A stretch of 64,000 nucleotides of DNA from Eledone cirrhosa. Taxonomy: Eukaryota. The notes beneath the pieces were generated by a model. The model worked only from the letters and a program-made list of their open reading frames with translations, was not told where the DNA came from and did no database searches. Both the position numbers and the translations under genes were made by a program. This document shows, one piece after another, positions 35,883 to 50,828 of this stretch. Within the stretch, counting starts at the first letter, position 1. Each line of letters starts with the position of its first letter. The DNA lies in assembly GCA_964016885.1 (NCBI GenBank), contig OZ024748.1:39556001-39620000 (forward strand). The letters are read 5' to 3'.

Positions 35883-36710
35883 GTAATAACAGTGCCCAAT
35901 TTTCGAGTAATTTCTTTGTCTTGAAGACAAATGACACTTCCAATCTCACTTCTACCATCTCTTTTAGCAGAAATAATGCAGCCATCGAAAAAAGAAAACA
36001 TTTCTTGCGATATCTCAACTAACGATTTATTGAAGTAAGCCTCTTCGTAAATTTTATTGAGCCAACAGTTCTCACCATACATACTACTTTCGATGTATAT
36101 CGGAATCGAATGTTCGCGACAGAGATCAGAAACTGCTTTCATGTTTGACATACTAACTGGTTGGCCACCACTACTTTTTGCTGGTACATTCATTATAAGA
36201 AAGGAAATTGATTTTTTATCATTTTCTGCCAATAAGTTTTTGAGTGCTTGAACATCTAGATTTCCTGCAAAATTATTATCTGACCAATCTAACAAAGAAA
36301 TCGCTTCAGCATGAAGATCCTTTATATGCTTCTCAAGTGAATAAGTAAAAGTATTCCCAATAACCTTATCTCCAGCTTTTGTGAAATAAGAAGCGACAAT
36401 CTCTTCGCTGATACATTCAGAAAAAACTGGCAGAATGTTTTCAAAACCAGAAATATATGTTGCCGTGTCTTTCAAAGTTTCATAACTAGTAGATCCGGCA
36501 TAACTTTCATCACCCATCCATATTCTTGCGTTTTGTTCAAGACTGAAAGCATTAGTGCCAGCATCTGTAAGGAAATCGATCATGACATCTTCAGGTTGTA
36601 ATTTAAAGATGTTGTAGTCAGCTTTCTCGAGAGCAATTAATCTGTCGTTACGGTTATTGATCTTTATGTTCTCTACAATATGTATTTTAAATGGTTCGAT
36701 AAAGTCGGAA
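35882..36710 (-). pseudogene. tnaA: Inverted, 3'-truncated duplicate of tryptophanase domain 1 (exon 2)
   Basis: Almost identical to 19242-~20070, with two amino-acid differences seen (F/V and M/I). Same acceptor at 36711-36713. Homology stops at the foldback element. Confidence 0.88.
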
Positions 36711-38258
36711 CTGAGAGGAAACGAAAATGTGACACTATTAAAATCCTCAGTTGTGTTATTTCGTAAATAGAAACAATACAAGCGGCCGAAATGGGATTCC
36801 TCTGAAGGGTCTTTGGAGTAATGTTACTCGATAGGGTGCGTAGTTCTGAGATCAGAGAGTTACTCCAGCTAGAGCCGCTACTTCTCCGAATTGAGAGATC
36901 ACAGCTCTGATACTATGGACATGTGGTTAGAATGTCTCAGGAAAGAATCACCGGACAGATTTTACGGGCAAAACAAACCGACAAGAAACCCAGGGATCGA
37001 CCCACCCTGAGTAAGATGGTTTGCTAACATCCATGAGCTTGGCTGGTCATGCTTGGGAGATCCAGCCGGATCAGTTGGAGACGGTTGCTTCTGACATGAC
37101 TTGCTGGAAGGAGTGTTGGAGGACTCTGACCCCACGACCGTCTCAGAAATAACTGGACGAAGAAGAAACAATTGACGTAAGCTATATCAGTAAATCACAG
37201 ATAAAACCGGAATTATATTTAACGTAATATCAACTGACACGATAAAATGACAATAGCTACTGTCTTACATTGGCATTATGGTATGGACGTCTCCTTCCTG
37301 ACCACTCCATCCGTGCCATCTTGGACTTTTTTTTCTTAACTATATATTGAAAATGTAAACACATATCCTTCGTAACCCTTAAATTATATTTGAATTAATA
37401 ACAGCATGTATATATTTTTATCTATTTATATAAATATGTATATAATTGACTGGTTGCCATATAATAAGCTAAATTGACTGGTTTCCATATAATAAGCTAA
37501 GTACTGAGTACTATACGAACATGCTAGACAACAACATGACGGTAACATAGACAACATAGAAATTAGAATAATATCTAAACATAGACATGACCCAGCAGAT
37601 AGGCAAATCAGAGAGGCCAGTGAAATAGAAATTAGAAGACCAAAGCTAAACAGAAAGAATGAATGGAATAACAACAACACCCAAACAAACAACACTGACC
37701 TAAGAGAAGTATAAATAAGTAAATAAAATAAGATAAATAAATAAATAAATACATACACAAGCACAATAACAACAAGCACATAAACACACACTAGTCACCC
37801 ATCACACAGCAAACATAACACTAGACACACACGCAAAAGCATGCGCAAAGAAGACGAAATAAAATAAACAAACAAGCAAATAAATAAATAAATATATAGA
37901 CAGACTGAATAAAAATGGCGTTGAAATACAACACAACAGGAGGAAAATATAACACCACTGACGATGTTGCAGATGTGCAACGAAAGATTTATGATAAACT
38001 ATATATATGTGTTTGTGTCTATATTGTATCTGTATTATTTTTGACCGTCGGTCAGTCAATGGCAACATTGAGGACCGAGTAAGTTAGATTACCGATATAA
38101 AAGACAGCGAGAAGCGAAAGCCAACCAAACAGTGAGTGTGTTCTGTTATTAATTCTGGCAATATTACACAAATATGACCCTCCCCAAGTATAACAATATT
38201 TGTTTCGACACACGATTTCATATAAAAAAACCTCGCAAAACTAATTCATCGCCGCTAA

Positions 38259-38422
<164 letters not shown>

Positions 38423-38463
38423 ATATAATTTCGAAAAAAATATTGAAAGGAAGATTTTCTTAC

Positions 38464-38480
38464 AGATCGGAGAAGTCCAT
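38464..38480 (-). CDS. Predicted first coding exon of the tryptophanase gene (MDFSD[L])
   Basis: Minus strand ACAGCC-ATG GAC TTC TCC GAT CT|GTAAGA: strong Kozak context and a phase-2 donor matching the phase-2 acceptor. Spliced product begins MDFSDLSDFIEPFKI. Confidence 0.7.
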
Positions 38481-38525
38481 GGCTGTTTCTTGTTGGTTTG
38501 GCAGATGTTTCGTAAAATTGATGTT

Positions 38526-38915
38526 ATTTATGGTAGATCACCTCCCACGTAAATCTCTGGCCTGTCATAAGTGCGCTATTGTGTACTGTTACATGTCGAT
38601 CGTGGAATAATTATGTCATAGATAGATAGCGTGTGTGTGTCTGTCTGTATGTATGTATTGAGGCAGAAAGAAAGAGAGAGAGGCGATAGAAAAGGGAGGG
38701 TTTACGTAACAGTGTAGGATATAGAGAAGGCAATTTTAATAATTGTTTCTACTTTTGGCACAAGGCCGGCAATTATCCCAATGTATTACTGGTACTTTAT
38801 TTTATCGACCCCGTAAGGATGAAAGGCAATGTTAACCTCGGCGGGATTTGAACTCAAACCGTAAGGGGACGTAACTATGCTAGAAAGCATGGCGTTCAAC
38901 CCTCTGCCAATCCAC
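38526..38915 (-). repeat. Upstream flank of tryptophanase copy B, an inverted duplicate of ~15410-15810; includes a SINE and the likely proximal promoter/5'UTR
   Basis: Reverse-complement match, e.g. GCGCACTTATGACAGGCCAGAGATTTACGTGGGAGGTGATCTACCATAAAT. Confidence 0.8.
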
Positions 38916-38939
38916 CGCCCTTTTATATAATAATATTAA

Positions 38940-40435
38940 TAATAATAATGTCCGTTTACAATTGTTTCGCTACTCCATATAATATTTCTGGATCAAATGA
39001 TTATATATCATTATTGATCTGGTTCAGTTGAAAATAATTAACATAGGTAAAGATAGAGCAGCTCATCGGAACTTCAAAAGGAATATAAATTAAAATAAGG
39101 AAAGAATGTTACATAAATGTAATGTTCCATATATTGGTATTTCACTATGGTGACCTTGGTATATCAATTGTCTGCCATAGTCGAGCAGTATTCTTCTGTC
39201 GAGGCTGCATTGTGTGAGATCTGCATATGGGTAACAAGATGGCCGCCAATGGACATATTTACCTTACTAATTAGAGGGTGGTTTCAGGGGAAGTAACTCC
39301 TCGAGAGATTAGAAATTGTGGGTAGTTTATAGTTAAGTGCTAATTTTTTTATTTTGAGACAATGTAAGGGATGTAACTTATAATTATTTAAGTTAGTTAT
39401 AGCTATTTAAATTATTAGCTACAAGTAAAAATGGGGCTAGATGACTATGTTGGCGAAGGAAATAGCCCTTCGATGTTGACAGCTAATAGTTACCTCCGTT
39501 CTATCATTAATCAGTAGAGGTTGTGATAGAGTTATGTAATATGCTTCGGTAAGACAGAGGTCACAAGATTTTCTTCGTCCATTGAACGGTTGGGCCCTGA
39601 GTGTTAGTGAGTGTTCAATGTTGGTTAATTTAAGGTTTTTAATGAGCCTAGCTAGAGATGTCGAACATCTGTTGTTAGGGTCTCAGAAGGAAAAAGAGTG
39701 CGCGTTATAGCGTACCTAAAAATGGGTTAGAGGTAGACCCAATATAGGAGCTGGTATGCGAAGCAGTTTTAACTGTGCACCTATAGACTATGTTGGGTGT
39801 CAGGCAATGTCCATTTAGTGGGCATGCATTAGGGTAACGGCAGTTGCAGTTACTTCTGCGGTTAGTGAGAGTAGGGTTGTTTAACCTAAGCGGTTGGTCA
39901 GTGCTAGAAGGATTAGATGGGGGAGGTGTGCTACTAGAGTAAGTATTGGTGTAGTGGCATGGTGTATCCGATGCGGGCTGGTGGTACCGCGGTGTGGGAG
40001 TTATACTGTCTTAGTTTATCATGGTTACTGAATGTGATGTGGCAAGCTAAGTTAGGTGTTGTGGAGAATGAGATTTTAATGTTATTTTTATTAAAGAGTT
40101 TGTAATATCTATGGTGGGGGGGGGATGTTTAGATAGGATAGAGAAGAAGCATTTAGGGATATTAGTGGCTAGATTAGATGAGAATGGGGGGTTAAGCCAG
40201 GTGATATTTCTACGCATATTCCTTCTAGGGGTTCTAGTGGAGTTGGAACATTACATTTATGTAACATTCTTTCCTTATTTTAATTTATATTCCTTTTGAA
40301 GTTCCGATGAGCTGCTCTATCTTTACCTATGTTAATTATTTTCAACTGAACCAGATCAATAATGATATATAATCATTTGATCCAGAAATATTATATGGAG
40401 TAGAGAAACAATTGTAAACGGACATTATTATTATT
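38940..40435 (-). mobile_element. Penelope-like remnant between ~190-bp inverted repeats (38940-39128 and 40244-40435)
   Basis: Minus-strand RNITWLNPPFSSNLATNIPK..KLFNKNNIKISFS and CNCRYPNACPLNGHCLTPNIVYRCTV, the PLE linker and GIY-YIG start. Confidence 0.75.
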
Positions 40436-40625
40436 GGCAGTATCGGTAGAGGGTCGGACGCCATGCTTTCCAGCATAGTTACGTCCAGCATAGTTACGTC
40501 CCTTTACGATCTGAGTTCAAATCCCGCCGAGGTTGACTTTGCCTTTCATCCTTACGGGGTCGATAAAATAAAGTACCAGTAATGTACTGGGTAATTTCTG
40601 GCCTTGTGCCAATAGTAGAAACAAT
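40436..40625 (+). mobile_element. tRNA-derived SINE
   Basis: Same family, with an internal 15-bp duplication CCAGCATAGTTACGT. Confidence 0.75.
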
Positions 40626-40902
40626 TATTATTAATATTATTATTATTAGTCTCTACATTCCTTACATCAAACTAAAATATGTTGACAATCTTTTAATAAT
40701 GTCTTCCTTGTGAAATTTCTGGTCTTGTTTCGCTTAACTAATGAATATTTCCAGCTCTGTGCACCTAACCTCTGCATGAACCCAGCCACCTAGCTGCTTT
40801 CTAGTGCATAATGCACATTGAGCACATGCCTTTACGCTTTGGCTTCTAACTAATTCACCAATCTCTCCTCTATCTCTCTCTTTAAGATTGGTTACTCTTG
40901 AA

Positions 40903-40948
<46 letters not shown>

Positions 40949-41127
40949 TCGTTCTCAGAATACAGAAAAAATTTTTTTTTAATATTTCATGTTTATTGAG
41001 ATTGTTATACTAATCGAAACTGATTATAATAAATGTAACAATTATAAAATTATTCCTTCCGTCGGATTAAAGAAAAAATAATCATTAAGTATTCATCGTC
41101 GTCGTCGTCATCATCGTCATCTATCTA

Positions 41128-41166
<39 letters not shown>

Positions 41167-41694
41167 GAAAAAATGAGGAAGTTTCATTTACATATGAAAA
41201 TATATATAAATAGGGATAGAGAGAGGTATGTAGATAGATAGAGAAACACATTATATATATATATGCATATATATATATATATATATACTAAGACAAAATA
41301 CAGGTCTGTACCCGCAAGACATGGTCTCCTGACCCAAGTTATCTCATAACGCAACAAGCCATCTAACATCCAACACATGCATGTGTGGAAAATGGACCTT
41401 AAATGATGATGATTGTAATGATGACACACACAGACACACAATTTAACATCTGTCTTATGAAAACATGTTAAAGGTTTAGTATGCAATCAATTTGATGTCT
41501 TTGAAATGCACAAAACAGGATTATATAATTTTGTTATTAAAATAATATATGTTATTTCTCTGAGGAACTGGAATCATATGATTCCAGTTCCTCTAAGAGA
41601 AATAACAACCCAACCAGGAACTGGGCATATCGGAGTATTGACAGAGTTAAACACCTCAACAACATGTGTACCCGTCTCTACCACACCAATTTGG

Positions 41695-41749
41695 ACTGCC
41701 TGAAGAGGTCACAGCCAAAGATGGCTGTCACCGAAATATACATAGCAGT
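41695..41749 (+). ncRNA. Minimal type I hammerhead ribozyme with canonical core
   Basis: ACTGC-CTGAAGA-GGTCACAGCC(AAAGAT)GGCTGTCACC-GAAA-TATACA-TA-GCAGT. Lies between ~40-bp inverted repeats (~41490-41530 and ~41931-41969), as in PLE remnants. Confidence 0.8.
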
Positions 41750-41799
41750 ACACCGTTAATAAACGAAGCCAAATTTTAAATATTTGACTAAATAATTTT

Positions 41800-41891
<92 letters not shown>

Positions 41892-42539
41892 CAAAGAAGA
41901 GAGACGGTTTTATGTATACATCCTCTGTTTATTATATAATCCTGTTTTGTGCATTTCAAAGACATCAAAGTCATTGTATATAGATATATATATATATAAT
42001 GAACCAGTTGTCCAATGTAGTTAATTTATTTCAGGTAAGATATCTTAGTTAGTTTGGACCAAGCCGTTACTATCAAACATGTGATCAAAATCATATTCAT
42101 AGTTGGGAGAAAAGTCTTCTAAATTCAGATCCGCAATGCTGAAACGTATGGAAGGAAAACACAGAAAAAAGACAAATCAATGTTTATGAAGGAACAAGAA
42201 AATAAGAGAGGCAAGTTAAAACAATTATATTTCAAAGACTCAATGTATAGTCATGACACAAGTATTATAACGGGGAATTGGTAGACACATTAACTCTTAA
42301 CGCCAGTTTTACTTGAAACCACATTAGTAAGACACTCTTGAAAAGTTCAAAACAAGACTATGACTGCATCATATTAAGTATTCAAGTCTTTAGTTTACAG
42401 CAAATTTTCACAAGTGTGTCCAATTGTAAAGACACTATAAACATTAGAATAAACGAACCAGTTTTTAGATATTTTCTATTGAAGAATTGCAAGATGTTAA
42501 GAGTTCAATGTCAGCTTAATTCATTACCATATTTCTCAC

Positions 42540-45500
42540 AAAAGACATTGTATGTCATTAACCCTTTCATTACCATACTTCTAATGAAAGACAAAGTCTA
42601 TGTCATTAACCCTTTCATTACCATATTTCTAATGAATGACACTGTCTATGTTATTAACCCTTTCATTACCATATTTCTAATGAAAGACACAGTCTATGAC
42701 ATTAACCCTTTCATTACCATATTTCTAATGAAAGACACTGTCTATGCAATTAACCCTTTCATTAACATATTTCTAATGAAAGACAGTCTATGTCATTAAC
42801 CCTTTCATTACCATATTTCTAATGAAAGACACTGTCTATATCATTAACCCTTTCATTACCATATTTCTAATGAAAGACACTGTCTATGCAATTAACCCTT
42901 TCATTAACATATTTCTCACAAAAGCCACTGTTTATGTCATTGACCATTTCATTACCATATTTCTAATGAAAGACATTGTCTATGTCAATAACACATTCAT
43001 TACCATATTTCTAATGAAAGACACTGTCTATGTCATTAACACATTCATTACCATATTTCTAATGTAAGACACTGTCTGTCATTAACCCTGTCATTACTAT
43101 ATTTCTAATGAAAGACACTGCCTATGTCATTAACCCTTTCATTACCGTATTTCTAATGAAAGACACTGTCTATGTCATTAACCCTTTCATTACCATATTT
43201 CTAATGAAAGACACTGTCTATGACATTAACCCTTTATTATCATATTTCTAATGAAAGACACTGTCTATGTCATTAACCCTTTATTATCATATTTCTAATG
43301 AAAGACACTGTCTATGTCATTAACCCTTTCATTAACATATTTCTCACAAAAATACTGCCTATGTCCATATTACCATATTTCTAATGAAAGACACTGTCTA
43401 TGTCATTAACTCTTTCATTACCATATTTCTAATGAAAGACACTGTCTATTTCATTAACCCTTTCATTACCATATTTCTAATGAAAGACACTGCCAATGTC
43501 ATTAACCCTTTCCTTACCATATTTCTAATGTAAGACACTGTCTGTCATTAACCCTGTCATTACTATATTTCTAATGAAAGACACTGCCTATGTCATTAAC
43601 CCTTTCATTACCGTATTTCTAATGAAAGACACTGTCTATGTCATTAACCCTTTCATTACTATATTTCTAATGAAAGATACTGCCTATGTCATTAACCCTT
43701 TCATTACCATATTTCTAATGAAAGACACTGTCTATGACATTAACCCTTTATTATCATATTTCTAATGAAAGACACATTCTATGTCATTAACCCTTTCATT
43801 AACATATTTCTCACAAAAGATACTGCCTATGTCCATATTACCATATTTCTAATGAAAGACACTTTCTATGTCATTAACTCTTTCATTACCATATTTCTAA
43901 TGAAAGACAATGTCTATTTCATTAACCCTTTCATTACCATATTTCTAATGAAAGACACTGCCAATGTCATTAACACTTTCATTACCATATTTCTGACACT
44001 GTTTATGTCATTAACCCTTTCATTACCATATTTCTAATGAAAGACACTGTCTATGTCATTAACCCTTTCATTACCATATTTCTAATGAAAGACACTGTCT
44101 ATTTCATTAACCCTTTCATTACCATATTTCTAATGAAAGTCATTGTCTATTTCATTAACCCTTTCATTACCATATTTCTAATGAAAGACACTGTCTATTT
44201 CATGAACCCTTTCATTACCATATTTCTAATGAAAGACACTGTCTATTTCATTAACCCTTCATTACCATATTTCTAATGAAAGACACTGTCTATTTTATTA
44301 ACCCTTTCATTACCATATTTCTAATGAAAGTCACTGTCTATTTCATTAACCCTTTCATTACCATATTTCTAATGAAAGACACTGTCTATGTCATTAACCC
44401 TTTCATTACCATATTTCTAATGAAAGTCACTGTCTATGTCATTAACCCTTTCATTACCATATTTCTAATGAAAGACACTGTCTATTTCATTAACCCTTTC
44501 ATTACCATATTTCTAATGAAAGACACTGTCTATTTCATTAACCCTTTCATTACCATATTTCTAATGAAAGGCACTGTCTATTTCTTTAACCCTTTCATTA
44601 CCATATTTCTAATGAAAGACACTCTCTATGTCATTAACACATTCATTACCATATTTCTAATGTAAGACACTGTCTGTCATTAACCCTGTCATTACTATAT
44701 TTCTAATGAAAGACACTGCCTATGTCATTAACCCTTTCATTACCGTATTTCTAATGAAAGACACTGTCTATGTCATTAACCCTTTCATTACTATATTTCT
44801 AATGAAAGATACTGCCTATGTCATTAACCCTTTCATTACCATATTTCTAATGAAAGACACTGTCTATGACATTAACCCTTTATTATCATATTTCTAATGA
44901 AAGACACTGTCTATGTCATTAACCCTTTATTATCATATTTCTAATGAAAGACACTGTCTATGTCATTAACCCTTTCATTAACATATTTCTCACAAAAATA
45001 CTGCCTATGTCCATATTACCATATTTCTAATGAAAGACACTGTCTATGTCATTAACTCTTTCATTACCATATTTCTAATGAAAGACACTGTCTATTTCAT
45101 TAACCCTTTCATTACCATATTTCTAATGAAAGACACTGCCAATGTCATTAACCCTTTCCTTACCATATTTCTAATGTAAGACACTGTCTGTCATTAACCC
45201 TGTCATTACTATATTTCTAATGAAAGACACTGCCTATGTCATTAACCCTTTCATTACCGTATTTCTAATGAAAGACACTGTCTATGTCATTAACCCTTTC
45301 ATTACTATATTTCTAATGAAAGATACTGCCTATGTCATTAACCCTTTCATTACCATATTTCTAATGAAAGACACTGTCTATGACATTAACCCTTTATTAT
45401 CATATTTCTAATGAAAGACACTGTCGATGTCATTAACCCTTTCATTAACATATTTCTCACAAAAGATACTGCCTATGTCCATATTACCATATTTCTAATG

Positions 45501-48500
45501 AAAGACACTTTCTATGTCATTAACTCTTTCATTACCATATTTCTAATGAAAGACAATGTCTATTTCATTAACCCTTTCATTACCATATTTCTAATGAAAG
45601 ACACTGCCAATGTCATTAACACTTTCATTACCATATTTCTGACACTGTTTATGTCATTAACCCTTTCATTACCATATTTCTAATGAAAGACACTGTCTAT
45701 GTCATTAACCCTTTCATTACCATATTTCTAATGAAAGACACTGTCTATTTCATTAACCCTTTCATTACCATATTTCTAATGAAAGTCATTGTCTATTTCA
45801 TTAACCCTTTCATTACCATATTTCTAATGAAAGACACTGTCTATTTCATGAACCCTTTCATTACCATATTTCTAATGAAAGACACTGTCTATTTCATTAA
45901 CCCTTTCATTACCATATTTCTAATGAAAGACACTGTCTATTTTATTAACCCTTTCATTACCATATTTCTAATGAAAGTCACTGTCTATTTCATTAACCCT
46001 TTCATTACCATATTTCTAATGAAAGACACTGTCTATGTCATTAACCCTTTCATTACCATATTTCTAATGAAAGTCACTGTCTATGTCATTAACCCTTTCA
46101 TTACCATATTTCTAATGAAAGTCACTGTCTATGTCATTAACCCTTTCATTACCATATTTCTAATGAAAGACACTGTCTATTTCATTAACCCTTTCATTAC
46201 CATATTTCTAATGAAAGACACTGTCTATTTCATTAACCCTTTCATTACCATATTTCTAATGAAAGGCACTGTCTATTTCTTTAACCCTTTCATTACCATA
46301 TTTCTAATGAAAGACACTCTCTATGTCATTAACACATTCATTACCATATTTCTAATGTAAGACACTGTCTGTCATTAACCCTGTCATTACTATATTTCTA
46401 ATGAAAGACACTGCCTATGTCATTAACCCTTTCATTACCGTATTTCTAATGAAAGACACTGTCTATGTCATTAACCGTTTCATTACTATATTTCTAATGA
46501 AAGATACTGCCTATGTCATTAACCCTTTCATTACCATATTTCTAATGAAAGACACTGTCTATGACATTAACCCTTTATTATCATATTTCTAATGAAAGAC
46601 ACTGTCTATGTCATTAACCCTTTATTATCATATTTCTAATGAAAGACACTGTCTATGTCATTAACCCTTTCATTAACATATTTCTCACAAAAATACTGCC
46701 TATGTCCATATTACCATATTTCTAATGAAAGACACTGTCTATGTCATTAACTCTTTCATTACCATATTTCTAATGAAAGACACTGTCTATTTCATTAACC
46801 CTTTCATTACCATATTTCTAATGAAAGACACTGCCAATGTCATTAACCCTTTCCTTACCATATTTCTAATGTAAGACACTGTCTGTCATTAACCCTGTCA
46901 TTACTATATTTCTAATGAAAGACACTGCCTATGTCATTAACCCTTTCATTACCGTATTTCTAATGAAAGACACTGTCTATGTCATTAACCCTTTCATTAC
47001 TATATTTCTAATGAAAGATACTGCCTATGTCATTAACCCTTTCATTACCATATTTCTAATGAAAGACACTGTCTATGACATTAACCCTTTATTATCATAT
47101 TTCTAATGAAAGACACTGTCGATGTCATTAACCCTTTCATTAACATATTTCTCACAAAAGATACTGCCTATGTCCATATTACCATATTTCTAATGAAAGA
47201 CACTTTCTATGTCATTAACTCTTTCATTACCATATTTCTAATGAAAGACAATGTCTATTTCATTAACCCTTTCATTACCATATTTCTAATGAAAGACACT
47301 GCCAATGTCATTAACACTTTCATTACCATATTTCTGACACTGTTTATGTCATTAACCCTTTCATTACCATATTTCTAATGAAAGACACTGTCTATGTCAT
47401 TAACCCTTTCATTACCATATTTCTAATGAAAGACACTGTCTATTTCATTAACCCTTTCATTACCATATTTCTAATGAAAGTCATTGTCTATTTCATTAAC
47501 CCTTTCATTACCATATTTCTAATGAAAGACACTGTCTATTTCATGAACCCTTTCATTACCATATTTCTAATGAAAGACACTGTCTATTTCATTAACCCTT
47601 TCATTACCATATTTCTAATGAAAGACACTGTCTATTTTATTAACCCTTTCATTACCATATTTCTAATGAAAGTCACTGTCTATTTCATTAACCCTTTCAT
47701 TACCATATTTCTAATGAAAGACACTGTCTATGTCATTAACCCTTTCATTACCATATTTCTAATGAAAGTCACTGTCTATGTCATTAACCCTTTCATTACC
47801 ATATTTCTAATGAAAGACACTGTCTATTTCATTAACCCTTTCATTACCATATTTCTAATGAAAGACACTGTCTATTTCATTAACCCTTTCATTACCATAT
47901 TTCTAATGAAAGGCACTGTCTATTTCTTTAACCCTTTCATTACCATATTTCTAATGAAAGACACTCTCTATGTCATTAACCCTTTCATTACCATATTTCT
48001 AATGAAAGTCACTGTCTATGTCATTAACCCTTTCATTACCATATTTCTAATGAAATTCACAGCCTATGTCATTAACCCTTTCATTACCATATTTCTAATG
48101 AAAGACACTGTCTATGTCATTAACCCTTTCATTACCATATTTCTAATGAAAGTCACTGTCTATGTCATTAACCTTTTCATTACCATATTTCTAATGAAAG
48201 ACACTGTCTATGTCATCAACCCTTTCATTACCATATTTCTAATGAAAGCCACTGTCTATGTCATTAAACCTTTCATTACCATATTTCTAATGAAAGTCAC
48301 TGTCTATGTCATTAACCCTTTCATTACCATATTTCTAATGAAAGTCACTGTCTATTTCATTAGCCCTTTCATTACCATATTTCTAATGAAAGACACTGTC
48401 TATGTCATTAACCCTTTCATTACCATATTTCTAATGAAAGTCACTGTCTATGTCATTTACCCTTTCATTACCATATTTCTAATGAAAGTCACTGTCTATG

Positions 48501-48807
48501 TCATTAACCCTTTCATTACCATATTTCTAATGAAAGTCACTGTCTATGTGATTAACCCTGTCATTAACATATTTCTAATGAAAGTCATTGTCTATGTCAT
48601 TAACCCTTTCATTACCATATTTCTAATGAAAGTCACTGTCTATTTCATTAACCCTTTCATTACCATATTTCTAATGAAAGACACTGTCTATGTCATTAAC
48701 CCTTTCAATACCATATTTCTAATGAAAGACACTGTCTATGTCATTAACCCTTTCATTACCATATTTCTAATGAAAGTCACTGTCTATGTCATTAACCCTT
48801 TCATTAC
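42540..48807 (+). repeat. 48-bp satellite, ~130 units, with a ~1.65-1.7-kb higher-order repeat
   Basis: Unit AATGAAAGACACTGTCTATGTCATTAACCCTTTCATTACCATATTTCT. Variant blocks recur at 43574, 45220 and 46915. Confidence 0.95.
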
Positions 48808-48922
48808 TAAATATACCAATAATAATAATCTATACTATAAAAGAGAAGCTGTTTGTCCCTCTGTCTGTCCGTCTCAACATATAGGTAGAAGTGAAATGGG
48901 AAGAACTGGATTGTCGTTGTTA

Positions 48923-49036
<114 letters not shown>

Positions 49037-49445
49037 AGAGTATGTGAAATATAGATATATAGTTTAAAGCTTAATTCAAGGATTATGATGAGAATAAATT
49101 AACATATTTCAATATCTTTCTTTAGGAAATATTTTCTCTCGCGTTTATTTGCTTAATAATATTCAAAGTGTTATTAAAGTTCAGCAAGAAAGTCAATCTA
49201 TTATTTGAACAATTTATAAAGGTATGTACATGATGATTAACAAATACTTTTACTGGCAGTGTAGCAACAATATAATATTAACAGCAATTTTGGAGGAGGG
49301 GAAAGTTGACTAAATCTACCCCAGTGTGTTACTGGTACTTTATTTTATCGACCCTGTCAGGATGAAAGGCAAAGCTAACCTTGGCAGGATTTGAACTCAG
49401 AACATAAAGGGCCGTAACTGTATGTCGCGAATACTTATATACATA

Positions 49446-49478
<33 letters not shown>

Positions 49479-50289
49479 TACGTAGTACTTACTGTGGCAT
49501 AGGGCTATCTTCACACTCCATTCTATCAGTGTCATTCTGATAAATGTTTTCGTCCATTCTAAATTGTGAGATAAAGCATCGAGATTAGATTCAAGTTACT
49601 ATAGGAAGAATTAAACTGTCTAAAAGTTGCTTCAAATGTATTGAAACTACCTTGGCCAGAAAATAACGCACAACATATATAGAAATAATTCTTTTACTGA
49701 TTCCAGTAACTGCAGCCATGAAATATACTTAATCATATCAACTCCAGTACTAATGTTTAGTCAACCATAACACCAATCTATACAATTAGAAATATACCCA
49801 TTTGAAACTTGTCCCAATTTACCTGTCACACCCTGTGTGTAGAGAGAGAGAGAAATTGCTGTATATGTGTTTACTCATCTCTTAATGAGCAAAGAGAGAT
49901 CGATAAAATATGTTACTTGACTTAAAACTAAGTACTGGGATCAATATGATTGACTTAACATTTCTAGGTTGTGCCCCAGTATGACCAGTTTCATGGCCGA
50001 AAGCAAGAATATTGAAATAAGAAATAAAATACATTTTCCTTACCCAGGTACGCTATCAATAAGGGTATTTGGTACATAGCCATGCAGCATCATCTGTCCA
50101 TTGTCCTCTGAAGAAACACAAGAAAAAAAAATTAATTAATGAAGAATTTTGAGTTATTTACTAAAATTATTAATTATTTCATTACTAAGACAGTAACGTA
50201 ACCCTTTCATGGCCACATTTCTAATGAAATACACTATTTTAATTAACTAATGAAGTATTTCAAGTTATTTACTAAAATTATTAATTAGG

Positions 50290-50630
50290 CACATGGCTTA
50301 GTGGTTAGAGCATTGGCTTTGCAATCGAAAGGTTGTGAGTTCAATTCTCAGACCGGGTGATGTGTTGTTTCCTTGAGCAAGACACTTTATTTCACATTGC
50401 TCCAGTTTACTCAGCTGTAGAAATGAGATGATAGGACTGTGGTCCCTATCATTCCACTGTAAAGTGGACGTGGAGGCGACACGGCAAAAAAAAAGCACCC
50501 AGCACTCACTGTAAATGAGGTTGGTGTTAGGAAGGGCATCCAGCTGTAGAAATCAAGCCAGAATCAGTTCCTGTCCCACCCTTGCAAGCAGGGAAAAGTG
50601 GACGTAAAATGAAATGATGATGATGATTTC
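50290..50630 (+). mobile_element. tRNA-derived SINE, second family
   Basis: Near-identical to 28831-29160. Confidence 0.75.
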
Positions 50631-50828
50631 ATTACTAAGATAGTAACTTAATGTAAGGTTCTTATATAAAATTATGTTGGGAGATTTTAATTTAAATTGG
50701 AAACATTAAAAATGGGTTTTATTTTATAGAATCAGCAGCAGTTTTGGCCGTGACGAGGGTTAGTAACTAAATGGTGGGAGTTGGTAACTAAAGGGTGGGG
50801 GTTGGTAACTAAAGAGAGAGAGAGAGAT

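Noticed and set aside
35876-36781. N-terminus MYCFYLRNNTTEDFNSVTFSFPL of the 301-aa ORF
   Set aside because: Starts at a non-ATG codon and reads through the polypyrimidine tract and acceptor, so it is intronic.
48829-48880. Possible Helitron 5' end (A|TCTATACTATAAAA..CTGTCTGTCC)
   Set aside because: No matching 3' hairpin and CTRR found downstream; too short to call.
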